Part shown: one piece after another, positions 63,446 through 64,000 of the stretch | How the letters are laid out: every line of letters starts with the position of its first letter | Numbering within the stretch: the stretch's first letter is position 1 | Origin: Mobula hypostoma | Lineage: Eukaryota | Assembly: GCF_963921235.1 (NCBI RefSeq) | Contig: NC_086108.1 | Location: forward strand, 98,396,001-98,460,000 | Length of the DNA stretch: 64,000 nt | Direction of reading: 5' to 3' | Position numbers and translations under genes: made by a program | Notes under the pieces: model-generated | Database searches by the model: none | Seen by the model: the letters and a program-made list of their open reading frames with translations, nothing else | Told to the model about the DNA's origin: nothing

Positions 63446-64000
63446 TTAAAAACACTAAGGTATATCACTGCATTTTCTTGGATATCAATTTCATAAACAG
63501 TTCTGCCGTTTGATATACCAACCAGAATAAAGACCAGAAAAAGGGAGAATGCATGCGTTTTTCAGTGTGATGATAGCTGAAGTGTTGCACTGCCAATCAA
63601 GGTCAATGAGAAAGCATGGCCAGTTCCAACTGTGTCATTTTGTTCACACTAGTACATGGAATAGGCTTTTATCCATCTGGGAATTATGGCCCATCTGCTT
63701 GGGCTCTCTATCTTCAAGAAGTTTGAAAACATACAGGTAGCTTAGGGACTGGCAACATCTTTCATTCAGTGTAGCATGACTTCGAGGGCAAAAACAGAGC
63801 AATGGAAATGTGGATATCAGAGATCCAAAATCTCACTGGAGCTGATATTATTGCTATAGTCAAACCTTAAATCCATTCCACCTGCTTTTAACAGTACCGG
63901 AAATCTAGCTGAAGATTCCATGGCTGAATGGCGTTGGAAGTTTCAGACATTCCTATGCAAAGCATACAGGAATGTAAAAGACCTATGGGCCAGTACATGG

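Overview
This is eukaryotic, repeat-dominated DNA. The mix of CR1 LINEs, Rex1/Babar LINEs, V-SINEs and Penelope-like elements (PLEs) suggests a vertebrate, most likely a cartilaginous fish (inference). No intact host protein-coding gene is recognisable; nearly all long ORFs are transposon-derived or antisense shadows of transposon ORFs. Main contents: (1) A four-layer nest at about 3.4-18.1 kb: an old CR1 hosts a full-length CR1, which hosts a 5'-inverted CR1, and the old CR1 also hosts a pol-less BEL/Pao LTR element with 627-bp LTRs and a GACTC target-site duplication (TSD). (2) A PLE family (GIY-YIG endonuclease) carrying a minimal type I hammerhead ribozyme motif, which repeatedly occurs as tail-out palindromes of 0.18-2.2 kb flanked by 9-13 bp TSDs. 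(3) A shattered class III (ERV-L-like) retroviral RT relic at 30.4-32.7 kb, readable only after removing three later insertions. (4) Tc1, pogo/Tigger, hAT-like and Helitron-like remnants. (5) A CpG-rich candidate promoter at about 51-53 kb with possible non-coding minus-strand exons downstream. All family assignments come from motif recognition by eye; no database search was run. Boundaries not fixed by a TSD or terminal inverted repeat (TIR) are approximate.
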